A stretch of 61,425 nt of DNA from contig DQIQ01000005.1 in assembly GCA_003942085.1 (NCBI GenBank), positions 1 to 61,425 on the forward strand, written 5' to 3'. The translations under genes and the position numbers were made by a program. Of the stretch, positions 10,172 to 20,329 are shown piece after piece. The DNA comes from Thermoplasmata archaeon. Lineage in GTDB: Archaea > Thermoplasmatota > E2 > DHVEG-1. The number at the start of each line of letters is the position of its first letter. Positions within the stretch are counted from its first letter, which is position 1. The notes below the pieces were generated by a model. It searched no databases, was not told the origin of the DNA, and saw nothing but the letters and a program-made list of their open reading frames with translations.

Positions 10172-11131
10172 ATGTCTCAGATGAAAAATGAGTTCGAGCA
10201 GCGTGTTTTCGACGTCATCCACCATCGATTGCAGTGCATTGATCTCCAAACCATACAGATAAATCTCGGGTTTACCTGTAATCAAACCTGCATGCATTGC
10301 CATGTGAAAGCATCGCCACATAGGAAAGAGCAGATGAACTGGAAAACAATGGAATTGATACTTTCAGTTACCGAAAAATTACCATCGGTCTGTATTGATA
10401 TCACCGGTGGAGCACCTGAGCTTCATCCGCATATCGAAAAATTCCTCAGAAGCCTCGTTTCCCAACACCATCGAATCCAACTACGAACAAATCTTACGAT
10501 TCTCTTAGACCCGCTCTATAAACATTTTCCCTTGCTCTATAAAGAATTAGGAGTAGAGCTGGTTGCATCATTGCCGTGCTATCTTGAAGAGGAGGTCCGT
10601 CTGCAACGCGGAAAAGGTGTGTTTGAGAAAAGCATCGAAGCACTCCAAGTATTAAATAAAATCGGTTATGGGACAACAGAAAAGCTTCCGCTCACGCTTG
10701 TATTCAACCCTCTTGAACCCGTTTTGCCACCAGAACAAAAAGCACTTGAAAACGAGTACCGCAAGCGTCTCGCAGAATGCTATAATATACAGTTCACACG
10801 ACTGATCACCCTGACGAACATGCCGATCGGACGATTCCTCGATGTCTTAAAAGATAAAAAACCAGAGTATATGGCGCTGCTGAAACAATCATTTAATCCA
10901 CAGACCTTACCTTCACTGATGTGTCGTCATCAAATTAACATCGGCTGGGACGGCATCCTTTATGACTGCGATTTTAATCTTGCTGCCGAGCTTTCGGTGA
11001 CATCAACTGTACCACGTCACATCCAGCAATTTGACCAATCGGTGTTATCGACACGGGAGATTCTAACAGGGGATCATTGCTTTGGATGTACCGCGGGTCA
11101 TGGGTCTTCCTGCGAGGGAGCACTAGTGTAA
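10172..11131 (+). CDS. arsS: Radical SAM protein ArsS-like with Cys-rich C-terminus
   Basis: CNQTCMHCHV (CxxxCxxC), DITGGAPE, ASLPCY, LMCR...DCDFN, HCFGCTAGHGSSC. Confidence 0.88.
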   Translation: MSQMKNEFEQRVFDVIHHRLQCIDLQTIQINLGFTCNQTCMHCHVKASPHRKEQMNWKTMELILSVTEKLPSVCIDITGGAPELHPHIEKFLRSLVSQHHRIQLRTNLTILLDPLYKHFPLLYKELGVELVASLPCYLEEEVRLQRGKGVFEKSIEALQVLNKIGYGTTEKLPLTLVFNPLEPVLPPEQKALENEYRKRLAECYNIQFTRLITLTNMPIGRFLDVLKDKKPEYMALLKQSFNPQTLPSLMCRHQINIGWDGILYDCDFNLAAELSVTSTVPRHIQQFDQSVLSTREILTGDHCFGCTAGHGSSCEGALV

Positions 11132-11155
11132 TGGGAGATTATTACTGAAGAAATT

Positions 11156-11875
11156 ATGAAAAAGGAAAAACTAAAAAATAATGAACCAAACGACTGGTGG
11201 AAACCGGTCGTCTTGATCACACTCATCATAACAGTCTTTATTGTCGTAAATGTATATGGATTCGGGGGGAAAATCGAGGAGTTACAACACTGGATCAGAT
11301 CATTAGGTCTTTGGGGACCGCTTGCGTTCTTTGTCGTCTACCTCGGGGCGGTGATTGCGACAATCCCTGGGACCATCTTTGGGGTGATTGCTGGCGCGCT
11401 GTTCGGCTCATTCGTAGGGGTCATCCTCATCAGTGTCGCATCAACGGTCGGCGCGAGCCTTACATTCCTTATCGCCCGCTATTTTGCTCGTGATGCAGTG
11501 GCTCGATGGCTCTCAAAAAACAAGACAATGAAACGGCTTGATACCCTCACCGAGGAACACGGCATGTTCATCGTCGGGTTAACCAGATTGATCCCGTTAT
11601 TCCCCTTCACCTTATTGAATTACGGGTTTGGTCTGACGAGAGTCTCATTTAAGACCTACTTGTTCTGGTCGTGGCTCTGCATGCTCCCTGGCACTATAAT
11701 CGTGGTTGTCGGTACTGATGCTCTCACCCAGGGGCTCACCCAAGGACGAGTTCCCTGGGTGTTAGTAGGTGTTTTAATCATTACTGTACTCACACTCGGA
11801 CTTATCGTTTGGTACGCACGACGACAATTACAAGAGAAAAGAAAAAACCAGGATGAATCACCAATAAAAAAATAA
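11156..11875 (+). CDS. TVP38/TMEM64 (DedA/SNARE-associated) membrane protein
   Basis: GALFG, FLIARY, RLIPLFPF..LNY motifs; multiple TM helices. Confidence 0.9.
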   Translation: MKKEKLKNNEPNDWWKPVVLITLIITVFIVVNVYGFGGKIEELQHWIRSLGLWGPLAFFVVYLGAVIATIPGTIFGVIAGALFGSFVGVILISVASTVGASLTFLIARYFARDAVARWLSKNKTMKRLDTLTEEHGMFIVGLTRLIPLFPFTLLNYGFGLTRVSFKTYLFWSWLCMLPGTIIVVVGTDALTQGLTQGRVPWVLVGVLIITVLTLGLIVWYARRQLQEKRKNQDESPIKK

Positions 11876-11908
11876 TATTTGATTCCCTAAAAAAGATTTG
11901 AGATTGCC

Positions 11909-13057
11909 ATGGTTGGACAAAACGATGGAACCAAAAAATCATCAAATACAAAAGAAATAATGGCTACCGTTGTTTCTGAATATATCGAGAGATGCACCAG
12001 CTGTCATTGTTGCATGGACGTCTGTCCAGTCACTAAAGATGCGTTTTCTATTGATGAGCTGAACCAGGCATCAAAAGAAGGCCAAGAGGTCCCTACGAAC
12101 ATCAAAGAGTTCGCGTTCCACTGCATACAATGTGGGAAATGCGTTCCGGTCTGCCCGGTGAGCATTCGCAGAGATTTAATGGTTCGATACATTAAATGGA
12201 AAGTAAGGGACCAAAAGCCTTGGAACTATAGGCGATACCTTTTCATCAAAGGACCGGATCTGACTGGTTTAAAAGGAATTATACAGCGACTGTATATTGT
12301 ATTAAAAAAAATAACAACCCGCAATCTTTCTTGCTTCATGGAAACAACACCAACCAAGAAGGCTGATGTGCTTTTCTACCCGGGCTGTTACATCTACTCA
12401 ACAAAAACGGTTCGACAGACGCTCCGATTACTTGATCATCTCGGTTGTTTGTATACGGTTCTGGGGGGTGTTACTTCATGCTGTGGCGCACCGCATATGT
12501 TACAGGGTGAGTTTGAACAGGCTGATCACGCCTGTGAGGTATTATCAAAGAAAATAAAATTTATCGATCCTAAGATAGTAATTACTGCGTGTGCTGAATG
12601 CTTTGAAGTCCTCGAACAAATAAAAAAATCATCTGATGAAAAATTCGAGGTTCTCAGCGTCGCACAATACCTCATACAACAGAAGAACAAATTCCCTGAT
12701 ATGAAAATCAGAGGGAAGATAACGGTCCATGACTCCTGCCGATTCCAGAAAGAGACGCCGCAAGGCTTGGCAGCGCGAGACGCAGCATCTACCTTCGGCC
12801 AATTCGTAGAGTTTCCCTTAGGTCACCAGTCCTCCTGCTGTTATCAGTGGAACCATGGGAACGACCCGGGGAATAACCTTCGTTTGGCCAACTACTTTTC
12901 AGCGATAAAAAATCTTGCCCCAACCCTGGCGTGTAACTGTCTTACCTGCTATGAAGAGCTGAAAAAGATACGCACCGATATCGAGATCATTGATGTGTTG
13001 CAACTCTTCGAAGAAGCACTTGATGCAACATCATCAAAGGAGCAAAAACACCGATGA
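11909..13057 (+). CDS. Fe-S oxidoreductase (two 4Fe-4S ferredoxin motifs plus CCG domains, HdrD/GlpC-like)
   Basis: CTSCHCCMDVCP, CIQCGKCVPVCP, FYPGC, CCG, CAEC, HDSC. Confidence 0.85.
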   Translation: MVGQNDGTKKSSNTKEIMATVVSEYIERCTSCHCCMDVCPVTKDAFSIDELNQASKEGQEVPTNIKEFAFHCIQCGKCVPVCPVSIRRDLMVRYIKWKVRDQKPWNYRRYLFIKGPDLTGLKGIIQRLYIVLKKITTRNLSCFMETTPTKKADVLFYPGCYIYSTKTVRQTLRLLDHLGCLYTVLGGVTSCCGAPHMLQGEFEQADHACEVLSKKIKFIDPKIVITACAECFEVLEQIKKSSDEKFEVLSVAQYLIQQKNKFPDMKIRGKITVHDSCRFQKETPQGLAARDAASTFGQFVEFPLGHQSSCCYQWNHGNDPGNNLRLANYFSAIKNLAPTLACNCLTCYEELKKIRTDIEIIDVLQLFEEALDATSSKEQKHR

Positions 13058-13761
13058 AGAACCATAATGCCTGCCTATTGTTGTTCGTAAAATACCCGGA
13101 AAAGGGCCAGGTGAAACTCAGGCTCTCCGCAGATCTTAACGTTGATATTGTTCAAGAACTGTATCGTCGTTTTGTGTACGATACACTTGCTACAGTAAAA
13201 AAAATTGATGCCGAGATCTTTGTCTGTTTTTTTCCGCCTGACGCTCAGAAAAAATTTCAAGAATGGCTAGGGTCAGACTTAGTGTTTCTTCCTCAGCAAG
13301 GAACTGATCTAGGGGAGCGGATGAAAAACAGTTTTTCTTCTGCGTTTTTACAAGGGTTTCGACGAGTCATCCTCATGGGAAGCGACAGCCCTGATCTTCC
13401 CGCAAGCTTTCTTCAAAACAGTCTTGCAGAGCTACAAACCCATGATGTGGTGCTAGGACCATCATCTGACGGTGGATACTATCTCATCGGATTTCGAGAC
13501 ACCAGCTTTGATCCCTTGGTATTTGATGATATTCACTGGAGTAGCCCACGCGTGCTAAAAGAAACAATGGAGAAGATACAATGCAAGAAGAATCGTCTTA
13601 GTCTTTTACCGGTATGGAGTGATGTCGATACCATAATCGATTTGAAAAATCTGATTCAACGAAACCGAAATACATCCTTTAAATCCTCCCAGACGATAAC
13701 CTTTGTGCAACAAAATAAGATACTACTGGAGGACGATGATGTCACCAAACCAAAAAAGTAA
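13054..13761 (+). CDS. TIGR04282/DUF2064-like transferase
   Basis: KYPEKGQVKLRL, QQGTDLGERM, GSDSPDL, LGPSSDGGYYLIG, DVD. Confidence 0.88.
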   Translation: MKNHNACLLLFVKYPEKGQVKLRLSADLNVDIVQELYRRFVYDTLATVKKIDAEIFVCFFPPDAQKKFQEWLGSDLVFLPQQGTDLGERMKNSFSSAFLQGFRRVILMGSDSPDLPASFLQNSLAELQTHDVVLGPSSDGGYYLIGFRDTSFDPLVFDDIHWSSPRVLKETMEKIQCKKNRLSLLPVWSDVDTIIDLKNLIQRNRNTSFKSSQTITFVQQNKILLEDDDVTKPKK

Positions 13762-14170
13762 AACAGAAACCACATTTTTGAAAGACAAAAAAACCCTGCT
13801 CCTCTACTCATTATATCTTTCGATCGGGAGCGTATCATTATTTGCCTCGATGGTTGCTCTGAACACCGCATACCAAGGATTGATCTGGAGCTACTCGACC
13901 AGATATATCGTGAACTCAATTGCTCTAGCACTCGCCTTGTTTCTCGCCGGCATCTTGCTCATTATCGCATGCATCGGGCTTCTGAAGGAAAGGCCGTCTG
14001 CTCGGGTATTTGGATTTGCTGGGTTTGGGTTTCTCATCGCGTATTCCTTGTTCGTCCTGTTTATCGACCATTATGTCGCCTACACACTGGTTTACATGCT
14101 CATCCTGCTTATTCTCTTCGCTCTCATCCTTGCAGTAGCGGTATTCTTCTTGCATAAAAAACGTCGTTGA
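13736..14170 (+). CDS. Hypothetical four-TM membrane protein
   Basis: Hydrophobic ORF; GGAGG at 13728-13732 precedes ATG 13736. Confidence 0.7.
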   Translation: MMSPNQKSKTETTFLKDKKTLLLYSLYLSIGSVSLFASMVALNTAYQGLIWSYSTRYIVNSIALALALFLAGILLIIACIGLLKERPSARVFGFAGFGFLIAYSLFVLFIDHYVAYTLVYMLILLILFALILAVAVFFLHKKRR

Positions 14171-14190
14171 TCAATCTTGAGTCTCGGTGA

Positions 14191-15069
14191 TCATATAGAC
14201 AGTTTTCTGAACACCAGATAAACAAAGAAAACCAGCATTCCGAAGATAAAGACGGTACACACCATCGCGTCACGCTCTTCTTCTAATGAGAAGACGTTCT
14301 GAGTAAAAGTATTGTCTCGTACGACGGTATGATACTCAGGAGACGGTTTATGGAGCCCGATTTGATCTTGGATGAAGGTATTGCCGATCACCTGGTTGTC
14401 GTAGGATTCTCGGATGTTCACCCCAGTGTATCCGTTCTGAGAAAACGTGTTGTTCAGGATACAATTGTTATTTGAGAACTCATACAACCCGAACCCATTG
14501 GCAGGCTGATCAAAAACGACATTCCCAATGAGCCTGTTGTTTGATGCGTGGTTGAAATAGACCCCACAGCGCCCATTATGAAAAATCGTGTTATTGGCAA
14601 TGAGATTGTAGCCTGCGGTAAACCCAAGCTGCATCCCATAAAAATTATCAGTGATGATGTTGTTTGAAATCGTGTTATTATCTGAGTTGATGTAGATGCC
14701 AGCGAACGGAAATTTTTTCTCACTATGGGTGATCGTAAAACCAGAGACCGTGCTATGACCTGCATCAAGGCTGATGACGTATCCTTCAGCATCCCCATCA
14801 AGTATCGTACTACCTTTCTTATCGCCAATGAGATGAACAGGCGTGGAAATTATGATCTGTCCGTGATACGTCCCTGAAAAAACCTGGATGGTAACGCCAG
14901 AGGAGACATTATCCAGTGCATCCTGAATCATTGTGTAATTCCCTGGTCCGTTCCCTCCGACAAAGAGAGTTGGTATGGCAATCTCCTCAGCGGATGCACT
15001 TGAGAAAATAAATGGAAAAATACAAAATAATGTAAGGATTCCAACCCCAAGGATACTTGTTTTTTTCAT
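14191..15069 (-). CDS. Cell-surface parallel beta-helix (NosD/CASH) protein with C-terminal anchor
   Basis: Signal peptide, VGGNGPGNYTMIQDA, repeated NxIxxN-G units, C-terminal TM. Confidence 0.85.
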   Translation of the reverse strand: MKKTSILGVGILTLFCIFPFIFSSASAEEIAIPTLFVGGNGPGNYTMIQDALDNVSSGVTIQVFSGTYHGQIIISTPVHLIGDKKGSTILDGDAEGYVISLDAGHSTVSGFTITHSEKKFPFAGIYINSDNNTISNNIITDNFYGMQLGFTAGYNLIANNTIFHNGRCGVYFNHASNNRLIGNVVFDQPANGFGLYEFSNNNCILNNTFSQNGYTGVNIRESYDNQVIGNTFIQDQIGLHKPSPEYHTVVRDNTFTQNVFSLEEERDAMVCTVFIFGMLVFFVYLVFRKLSI

Positions 15070-15171
15070 ACGTCTTTATACCTGACATCAGGAGAGAGAA
15101 CTAATAGTTTTTGGAACGCATAAGTTTTTAGTTCAGGATGTGTTTTCCTTGCTTCATCTAGAGGTGAAACC

Positions 15172-15510
15172 ATGACAAAAACAACCGTTATTTTACATAG
15201 TGAATCCCTAGGAAGAGGAAGTGATGAGCTAGGAAAATCAATGACTGGAGCATTCCTGCTAAAGTTATGGGGATCAGACAGAAAACCAGATACGATTATT
15301 TTTTATAACTCAGCGGTGCATCTGCTTACCGAAAAGTCATCGGTGTTGGACTCCTTAACCGGGCTTTCCAAGGCTGGTGTTGATCTTGTCGCCTGCCAGA
15401 AATGCATCGGATATTATGAACTCGAAAAGAAGGTCGTCATCGGTCGGATAGTCGAGATGCAGGAAATCGTAGGGATTTTGATGAAATCAGATAAAGTGAT
15501 TACTCCATAA
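15172..15510 (+). CDS. DsrE/YedF-like sulfur or selenium transfer protein
   Basis: LGRGSDELG..L, IIFYNSAV, GVDLVACQKC. Confidence 0.8.
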   Translation: MTKTTVILHSESLGRGSDELGKSMTGAFLLKLWGSDRKPDTIIFYNSAVHLLTEKSSVLDSLTGLSKAGVDLVACQKCIGYYELEKKVVIGRIVEMQEIVGILMKSDKVITP

Positions 15511-15586
15511 TGAACTCATCATTAGAGTAAAATAAATACAGCGGGGGTTCTCAGTTAGATTCCCGTAAATGAACACATCAGCAATC

Positions 15587-16261
15587 CTAATGTAGAAGCT
15601 CAGACGATAACGCTTTTTTCTCCCCAAATAAAAAAGAAGTCTCCAGAGGGAGCTTTGTCGGTTTACTCATCTCTAGTTTCAAGATGGTATCGATACCTTG
15701 TGAGGGAAGATGGGCTAGCGCCCCCATCTTTGCGTCAAATAAGAGAATGAACGTGTTGCATACCATACTGATCTCCTGCTTTCGCAGATCATGTAAAAAA
15801 TTATAGAACTCATCTAATTCCTCTCCTGTTGGTTTTGAGAAGTTGATGAGTTGTGAGAGGGAATCGATGATGACGATATCCGGGTTTGTTTTCTCAATGC
15901 CGTAGTGGATGATTTCTTTCATCGTGTGAAGATCCCGCGGTGGTTTATGGTACAGAACCCTATCGATGTTTTCTTCTACAGGGAATGCAAATCCGGAGAC
16001 GCAATCGATGAAAAAAACTCGTTTTTGATCAAGGGGTTTTTGCTCTAACGCATGTCTCATGTAGTCGTGACTTCGTGTCAATGAAACATAGAGGACATTG
16101 GTGAAATGATTTGATTTGATTTTATTAAAAAAATCAATCAGCTGAGTAAATTCCATTGAGTCATGGAGCACGAGGAGGATTCCGTCGAGGTTTTTCATTT
16201 CCTCATCAACATCATTGTGTATCGCGCGCCAGTACCTTATTTCGCCTTCTTTTTCCATCAT
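15587..16261 (-). CDS. Inactive KaiC/RecA-fold protein (no Walker A)
   Basis: LYVSL, FFIDCVSG, VIIDSLSQ strands of RecA-like fold; paralog of 16272-16910. Confidence 0.7.
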   Translation of the reverse strand: MMEKEGEIRYWRAIHNDVDEEMKNLDGILLVLHDSMEFTQLIDFFNKIKSNHFTNVLYVSLTRSHDYMRHALEQKPLDQKRVFFIDCVSGFAFPVEENIDRVLYHKPPRDLHTMKEIIHYGIEKTNPDIVIIDSLSQLINFSKPTGEELDEFYNFLHDLRKQEISMVCNTFILLFDAKMGALAHLPSQGIDTILKLEMSKPTKLPLETSFLFGEKKALSSELLH

Positions 16262-16271
16262 ATGAATCGCT

Positions 16272-16910
16272 CTAATCTTTCCATTCTGGTTTTTCTTTTA
16301 TGACTTCTAGCTTCATGATCGTGTCCGTGAACAGGGTAGGGAGTGTTTTCATTGACCCCATTTTATCATCATAGAGGAGGATGATGGCATCGCGAGTGAT
16401 GTTGAGGGTGTCTTCTTTTACAGATCTAAGAAAGGTGTAGAAATCGTGAAGTTCTTCTTCTGTCGGCATGGTGAAATTTATAAATTGTGAGATTGAGTCG
16501 ACGATGATGACATTGGGGTTTGACCACCGAATGTTATCCAAAATCAAATGTTTCATTTCCTCTAAATTACTGGGAGGGCTTCGGTAGACGCAGTCTGCCG
16601 TATCATGATGGTCAAGGAGGAAGCCGGAGACACAGTCGACGATAAAGAGCTTCTTTGAAGGCAAGGGAAACATTTGTAGGGTTTTTTTGATATGATCATA
16701 ACTGTTGATCAGGGAGATATAAAGGATCGTTATCTCCTTGTTTTTTCGCAGGTTTTTTAGAAAATCGACAAGGTCTGAGAACTCTATGGAGTTGTGGGTA
16801 AGCAAGATTAAGCCATGGAGAGATTCAAAGGTTATACTGATTTCTTTTCGTATTTCTTTCCAATAGTTTATCTGAACTATATTGAGTTCTTCCATAGGTC
16901 CTCTCATCAT
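16272..16910 (-). CDS. Inactive KaiC/RecA-fold protein (no Walker A)
   Basis: LYISL, IVDCVSG, IIVDSISQ; paralog of 15587-16261. Confidence 0.7.
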   Translation of the reverse strand: MMRGPMEELNIVQINYWKEIRKEISITFESLHGLILLTHNSIEFSDLVDFLKNLRKNKEITILYISLINSYDHIKKTLQMFPLPSKKLFIVDCVSGFLLDHHDTADCVYRSPPSNLEEMKHLILDNIRWSNPNVIIVDSISQFINFTMPTEEELHDFYTFLRSVKEDTLNITRDAIILLYDDKMGSMKTLPTLFTDTIMKLEVIKEKPEWKD

Positions 16911-16927
16911 CAGTCCAGCGTAATTGT

Positions 16928-17302
16928 TTAGATAGCAGGACTACGCAGGATATGTTGGTGGATCGTGTTGATGAGGTCAGGAAACTCAAATGGTTTGGTG
17001 ATGTAATCGACGATTCCCAGTTGGAAGAGTTTTCGTTTTTCTTCATCTGAATATCGCACGACCGAGAGAAGGATTATCTTTGGTTTGGTTTTTTTTGCTT
17101 TGAGTTGTTCAAGGATTTCTCTGGTGGTAAGACCCGGCATCATGACGTCAAGGGTGACAAGGTCTGGTGTGAAATCATCGATTTTTTTGAGAAAATCATC
17201 ACCATTCTCCGCGGTGACGGTCACAAATCCTTCTTTGTGGAGCATGAGATTAATCATTTCTCTCAGATCGGGTTCATCATCTACGATCATTATTTTCGTC
17301 AT
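16928..17302 (-). CDS. Stand-alone receiver (REC) protein
   Basis: IVDDE, DVMMPG, ITKPF. Confidence 0.92.
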   Translation of the reverse strand: MTKIMIVDDEPDLREMINLMLHKEGFVTVTAENGDDFLKKIDDFTPDLVTLDVMMPGLTTREILEQLKAKKTKPKIILLSVVRYSDEEKRKLFQLGIVDYITKPFEFPDLINTIHQHILRSPAI

Positions 17303-17321
17303 TTTCCCTCACTTTACTTAA

Positions 17322-17337
17322 GTAATGTTAATGTAAT
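17322..17337 (-). promoter_or_regulatory. Two ATTAC boxes (GTAAT on +) 11 bp apart upstream of receiver gene
   Basis: GTAAT at 17322 and 17333. Confidence 0.55.
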
Positions 17338-17371
17338 GTTTTTTTTAATAGTTTCCGTTCATGTTCTATGT

Positions 17372-19909
17372 TCACACAGAGGTCTCTGCCAGCTCCTTAA
17401 TCTTGTTTACAGTAACATCATTTGATTTAATGGGGAGAACAAATCGAAAAATACTGCCTTTGCCCTCTGAGCTTTCAACCCATATTTTTCCACCATGCAA
17501 CTTAATGATACCCTTACAAAGAGCAAGACTAAGACCAACACCACCTAACAATCGGTCATCACCAGAATCTACCTGATAAAATGGCTCAAAAATCATTTCC
17601 TGTTTATCCTTTGATATCCCACGACCAAAATCCTGCACCTCAAACAAAATATCGTCATTTTCCTTCCTTGCTCTAATGTTAATCACCGAGCCGTCTGGTG
17701 AAAACTTTATCGCATTACCAACAAGATTCTGTATCACCTGCTTTATCTTGTCACAGTCAACGATCAAATCAGGCAATTCTTTTTCCACATCGACGTTGAT
17801 TACCATCTCCTTTTCATAATCATACGCTTGCAAGGTCTTGGTTGTTTCTTCGACAAGAGTTTTTGGATTCACGTTACAGGGAGTAATAATCAGGGTCCCT
17901 GTTTGTACATTGGAAATATCAAGAATATTCTGTATGGTATGATCAAGACGGTTGGTATTACGCAAGATTACCTCAAGACCTTTCATCTGCTCTGCATTTG
18001 TGCCACCGAAACTCTGTTTTAACAACATCTGCGTATATCCCTTTATCGCCGTAATCGGAGTACGCAGCTCATGAGAGGTGTTTTTCAGAAATGTCGTCTT
18101 GATGTCATTCAGTTTTTGCAATTGTATATTCTGAAATTCAAAATACTTGTTGAGGTCCTTAATTTCTTTAATGGCATTATTACGTTGAATGGCGATCGCG
18201 GCTTGGTTGATAAACGTCTCAATAACTTCAAGGTTCTGGATCTTGCAATCATTTTTTGCAGCCACAAATATATTCCCAAATATTTTTCCGTCTTTAACAA
18301 GGGCGATTGTGTATAACTCATTTAGGTTCATTAACTTGTCAATAATGAGAGATATCGCTTTTGGAAACTGAGGGAGAACAAATCTATTAAAATCATCGAC
18401 AGAGAGATGTATGAACTTTCCTTGGATTAACTGTTGCCGTATTCCCTCATCGTTTAACACAAAATTTGTACCGGCAGGATCTTTACCCAGGATTTGTAAA
18501 AATTTTTCCATGTATTTTCCATATCCTAGGACCTTGTTAATAATAAAATTGCTCGAATTTTCATCAAAATACGCAATCGTCACGAAAGCATTACTTACCA
18601 TTTGTTGTATTTTTTCTCCAATGTATTGGTAAATATCACCACCAATTGGAAAATTCGCTAGTTCAATTGCGGTTGTCGATAAAAATTGAGCGTTTTCTAT
18701 ACATTTGTTCTGGGTCTCATCTAAAATTTTACATGACGAACAGGATAAATCTACCGCTTTGAAGGAATCCTGAGGTATGATTACTTGTTTCTCAAGCTCA
18801 TTCATTTCTCCAGGTTTTTCACCAAGAAGAGGGTTTTCTGCTGTATTTGTACCTGTCCCCAGCCCAAACAGATCAACTCCCTTGAACCGTTTTTCAATGC
18901 CGGTTATGGATTCCACGGGCAAAACGAACTTAAACGTGCTCCCCTTGCCAGGGATCCCTTCGCTTTCAACCCAGATTCGTCCGCCATGAGCAACAACAAT
19001 ACCATAACAAATGGCAAGACCAAGACCGGCTCCTCCAAACTTTACATCCGTACTGGAATCTACCTGATAGAATGTCTGGAAAATTTTCTGATGATGTTCA
19101 GTAGATATTCCCCGACCGAAATCCTGTATCTCAAACAGGATATCCTGGTCTTGTTTTTTCACTCTAACATTAATAACAGACCCATTTGGTGAGAACTTGA
19201 CTGCGTTGGTTAAAATATTTATAATAACCTGTGTAATCCGATTGTTATCAATACCTAATTCAGGGATTGCTTTTTCTACTTCGGTATCAATTTTTATTCC
19301 TTTTAAACCAGCGGTAATTTGCATTGCGTCATAAACTTCTTTTATCATTTTTTCGATATTTGTTTTTTCAACAACAAACTTCATCGTTCCAGATTCCAGT
19401 CGCGAAACATCAAGAATATCTTGGATGAGACGAGCTAATCGATCTGAATTACGTTGAGCGATGTCCAATGCATTTTTTTGTTCATCATTGATCGGCCCAA
19501 GAGTTCCTCTCAAAATCATTTGGATGTATCCTTTTATTGCAACTATTGGTGTACGGAGCTCATGAGAGGTCATGTTCAGAAAAGCTGATTTTATTTCACT
19601 TAGTTTTTTCATTTTATCAGTAGTTTCGTATAAATCCTCCATGATGTTCAACGTCGCCAGATCATTTCCTTCCAAAATGTTAATTTTTTCCTGCAACAAC
19701 TCTTGATTTTTTTTATTTTCTTTAAAACTCTCCCCGAGGTCTTCAATCATCATGTTTATACCAATCGCAAGTGAATCAAAGTCATCGTTTTTGTTTGAAA
19801 TTACAATCTGAGTAGAATAATCTCCTCTCGCCACTCGTTCTATCGCTATGACCATTTTACTTATACGATCTTTCTCCGATATTTGATCCATTATCAGCTT
19901 CATTTTCAC
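17372..19909 (-). CDS. Tandem double histidine kinase (HAMP-HisKA-HATPase-GAF-HisKA-HATPase)
   Basis: Two TSHELRTP H-boxes and two N/G1/G2 sets; N-terminal HAMP-like segment without TM. Confidence 0.9.
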   Translation of the reverse strand: MKMKLIMDQISEKDRISKMVIAIERVARGDYSTQIVISNKNDDFDSLAIGINMMIEDLGESFKENKKNQELLQEKINILEGNDLATLNIMEDLYETTDKMKKLSEIKSAFLNMTSHELRTPIVAIKGYIQMILRGTLGPINDEQKNALDIAQRNSDRLARLIQDILDVSRLESGTMKFVVEKTNIEKMIKEVYDAMQITAGLKGIKIDTEVEKAIPELGIDNNRITQVIINILTNAVKFSPNGSVINVRVKKQDQDILFEIQDFGRGISTEHHQKIFQTFYQVDSSTDVKFGGAGLGLAICYGIVVAHGGRIWVESEGIPGKGSTFKFVLPVESITGIEKRFKGVDLFGLGTGTNTAENPLLGEKPGEMNELEKQVIIPQDSFKAVDLSCSSCKILDETQNKCIENAQFLSTTAIELANFPIGGDIYQYIGEKIQQMVSNAFVTIAYFDENSSNFIINKVLGYGKYMEKFLQILGKDPAGTNFVLNDEGIRQQLIQGKFIHLSVDDFNRFVLPQFPKAISLIIDKLMNLNELYTIALVKDGKIFGNIFVAAKNDCKIQNLEVIETFINQAAIAIQRNNAIKEIKDLNKYFEFQNIQLQKLNDIKTTFLKNTSHELRTPITAIKGYTQMLLKQSFGGTNAEQMKGLEVILRNTNRLDHTIQNILDISNVQTGTLIITPCNVNPKTLVEETTKTLQAYDYEKEMVINVDVEKELPDLIVDCDKIKQVIQNLVGNAIKFSPDGSVINIRARKENDDILFEVQDFGRGISKDKQEMIFEPFYQVDSGDDRLLGGVGLSLALCKGIIKLHGGKIWVESSEGKGSIFRFVLPIKSNDVTVNKIKELAETSV

Positions 19910-19936
19910 AAGTAACCTCGTTTTTATCTTCTCATC

Positions 19937-20329
19937 CTACTCCTTTAGCCATGCAAGACTACTTTCTTTTGAATTGAAAATTTTTATATTTTTATTCTTA
20001 GAAAAACCAATGACAAAAGACGCAATCACTCTGACAACTGGATTATAGCCATATATGGCGATTTTTCCGACCGATTCATCTTCGGTCATTTTTGCGAAAA
20101 TCTTTCTTGCTTCCGATGTTGGTTTCTTACATACACTGTTATTTATCAACAGATCCACTTTCCTTGTAGTGTTCCCTTCAATCCTGCGCATCAGTTTCGT
20201 AGATGCATCCTTCAACGCAAATGCATCTTGCACATCGAAGTCTCCAACAAGATCAATATACATAATGCCATCTTCACCGAGATAAAATCTACTTTCTCCC
20301 ACTCGAATTTCCCTTTCTTCTTTGTTCAA
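19937..20329 (-). CDS. STAS/SEC14 (SpoIIAA-like) small protein, copy 2
   Basis: KPTSEARK, KIAIYG.NPVVRVIASF, IFNSKE.ALAWL; TTG start. Confidence 0.75.
   Translation of the reverse strand: MNKEEREIRVGESRFYLGEDGIMYIDLVGDFDVQDAFALKDASTKLMRRIEGNTTRKVDLLINNSVCKKPTSEARKIFAKMTEDESVGKIAIYGYNPVVRVIASFVIGFSKNKNIKIFNSKESSLAWLKE

Noticed and set aside
10172-11131. Selenocysteine read-through in ArsS
   Set aside because: The terminal SSC uses a Cys codon and the ORF ends in TAA
15541-15566. Hairpin between convergent genes
   Set aside because: Imperfect stem and no U-tract; insufficient support as a terminator
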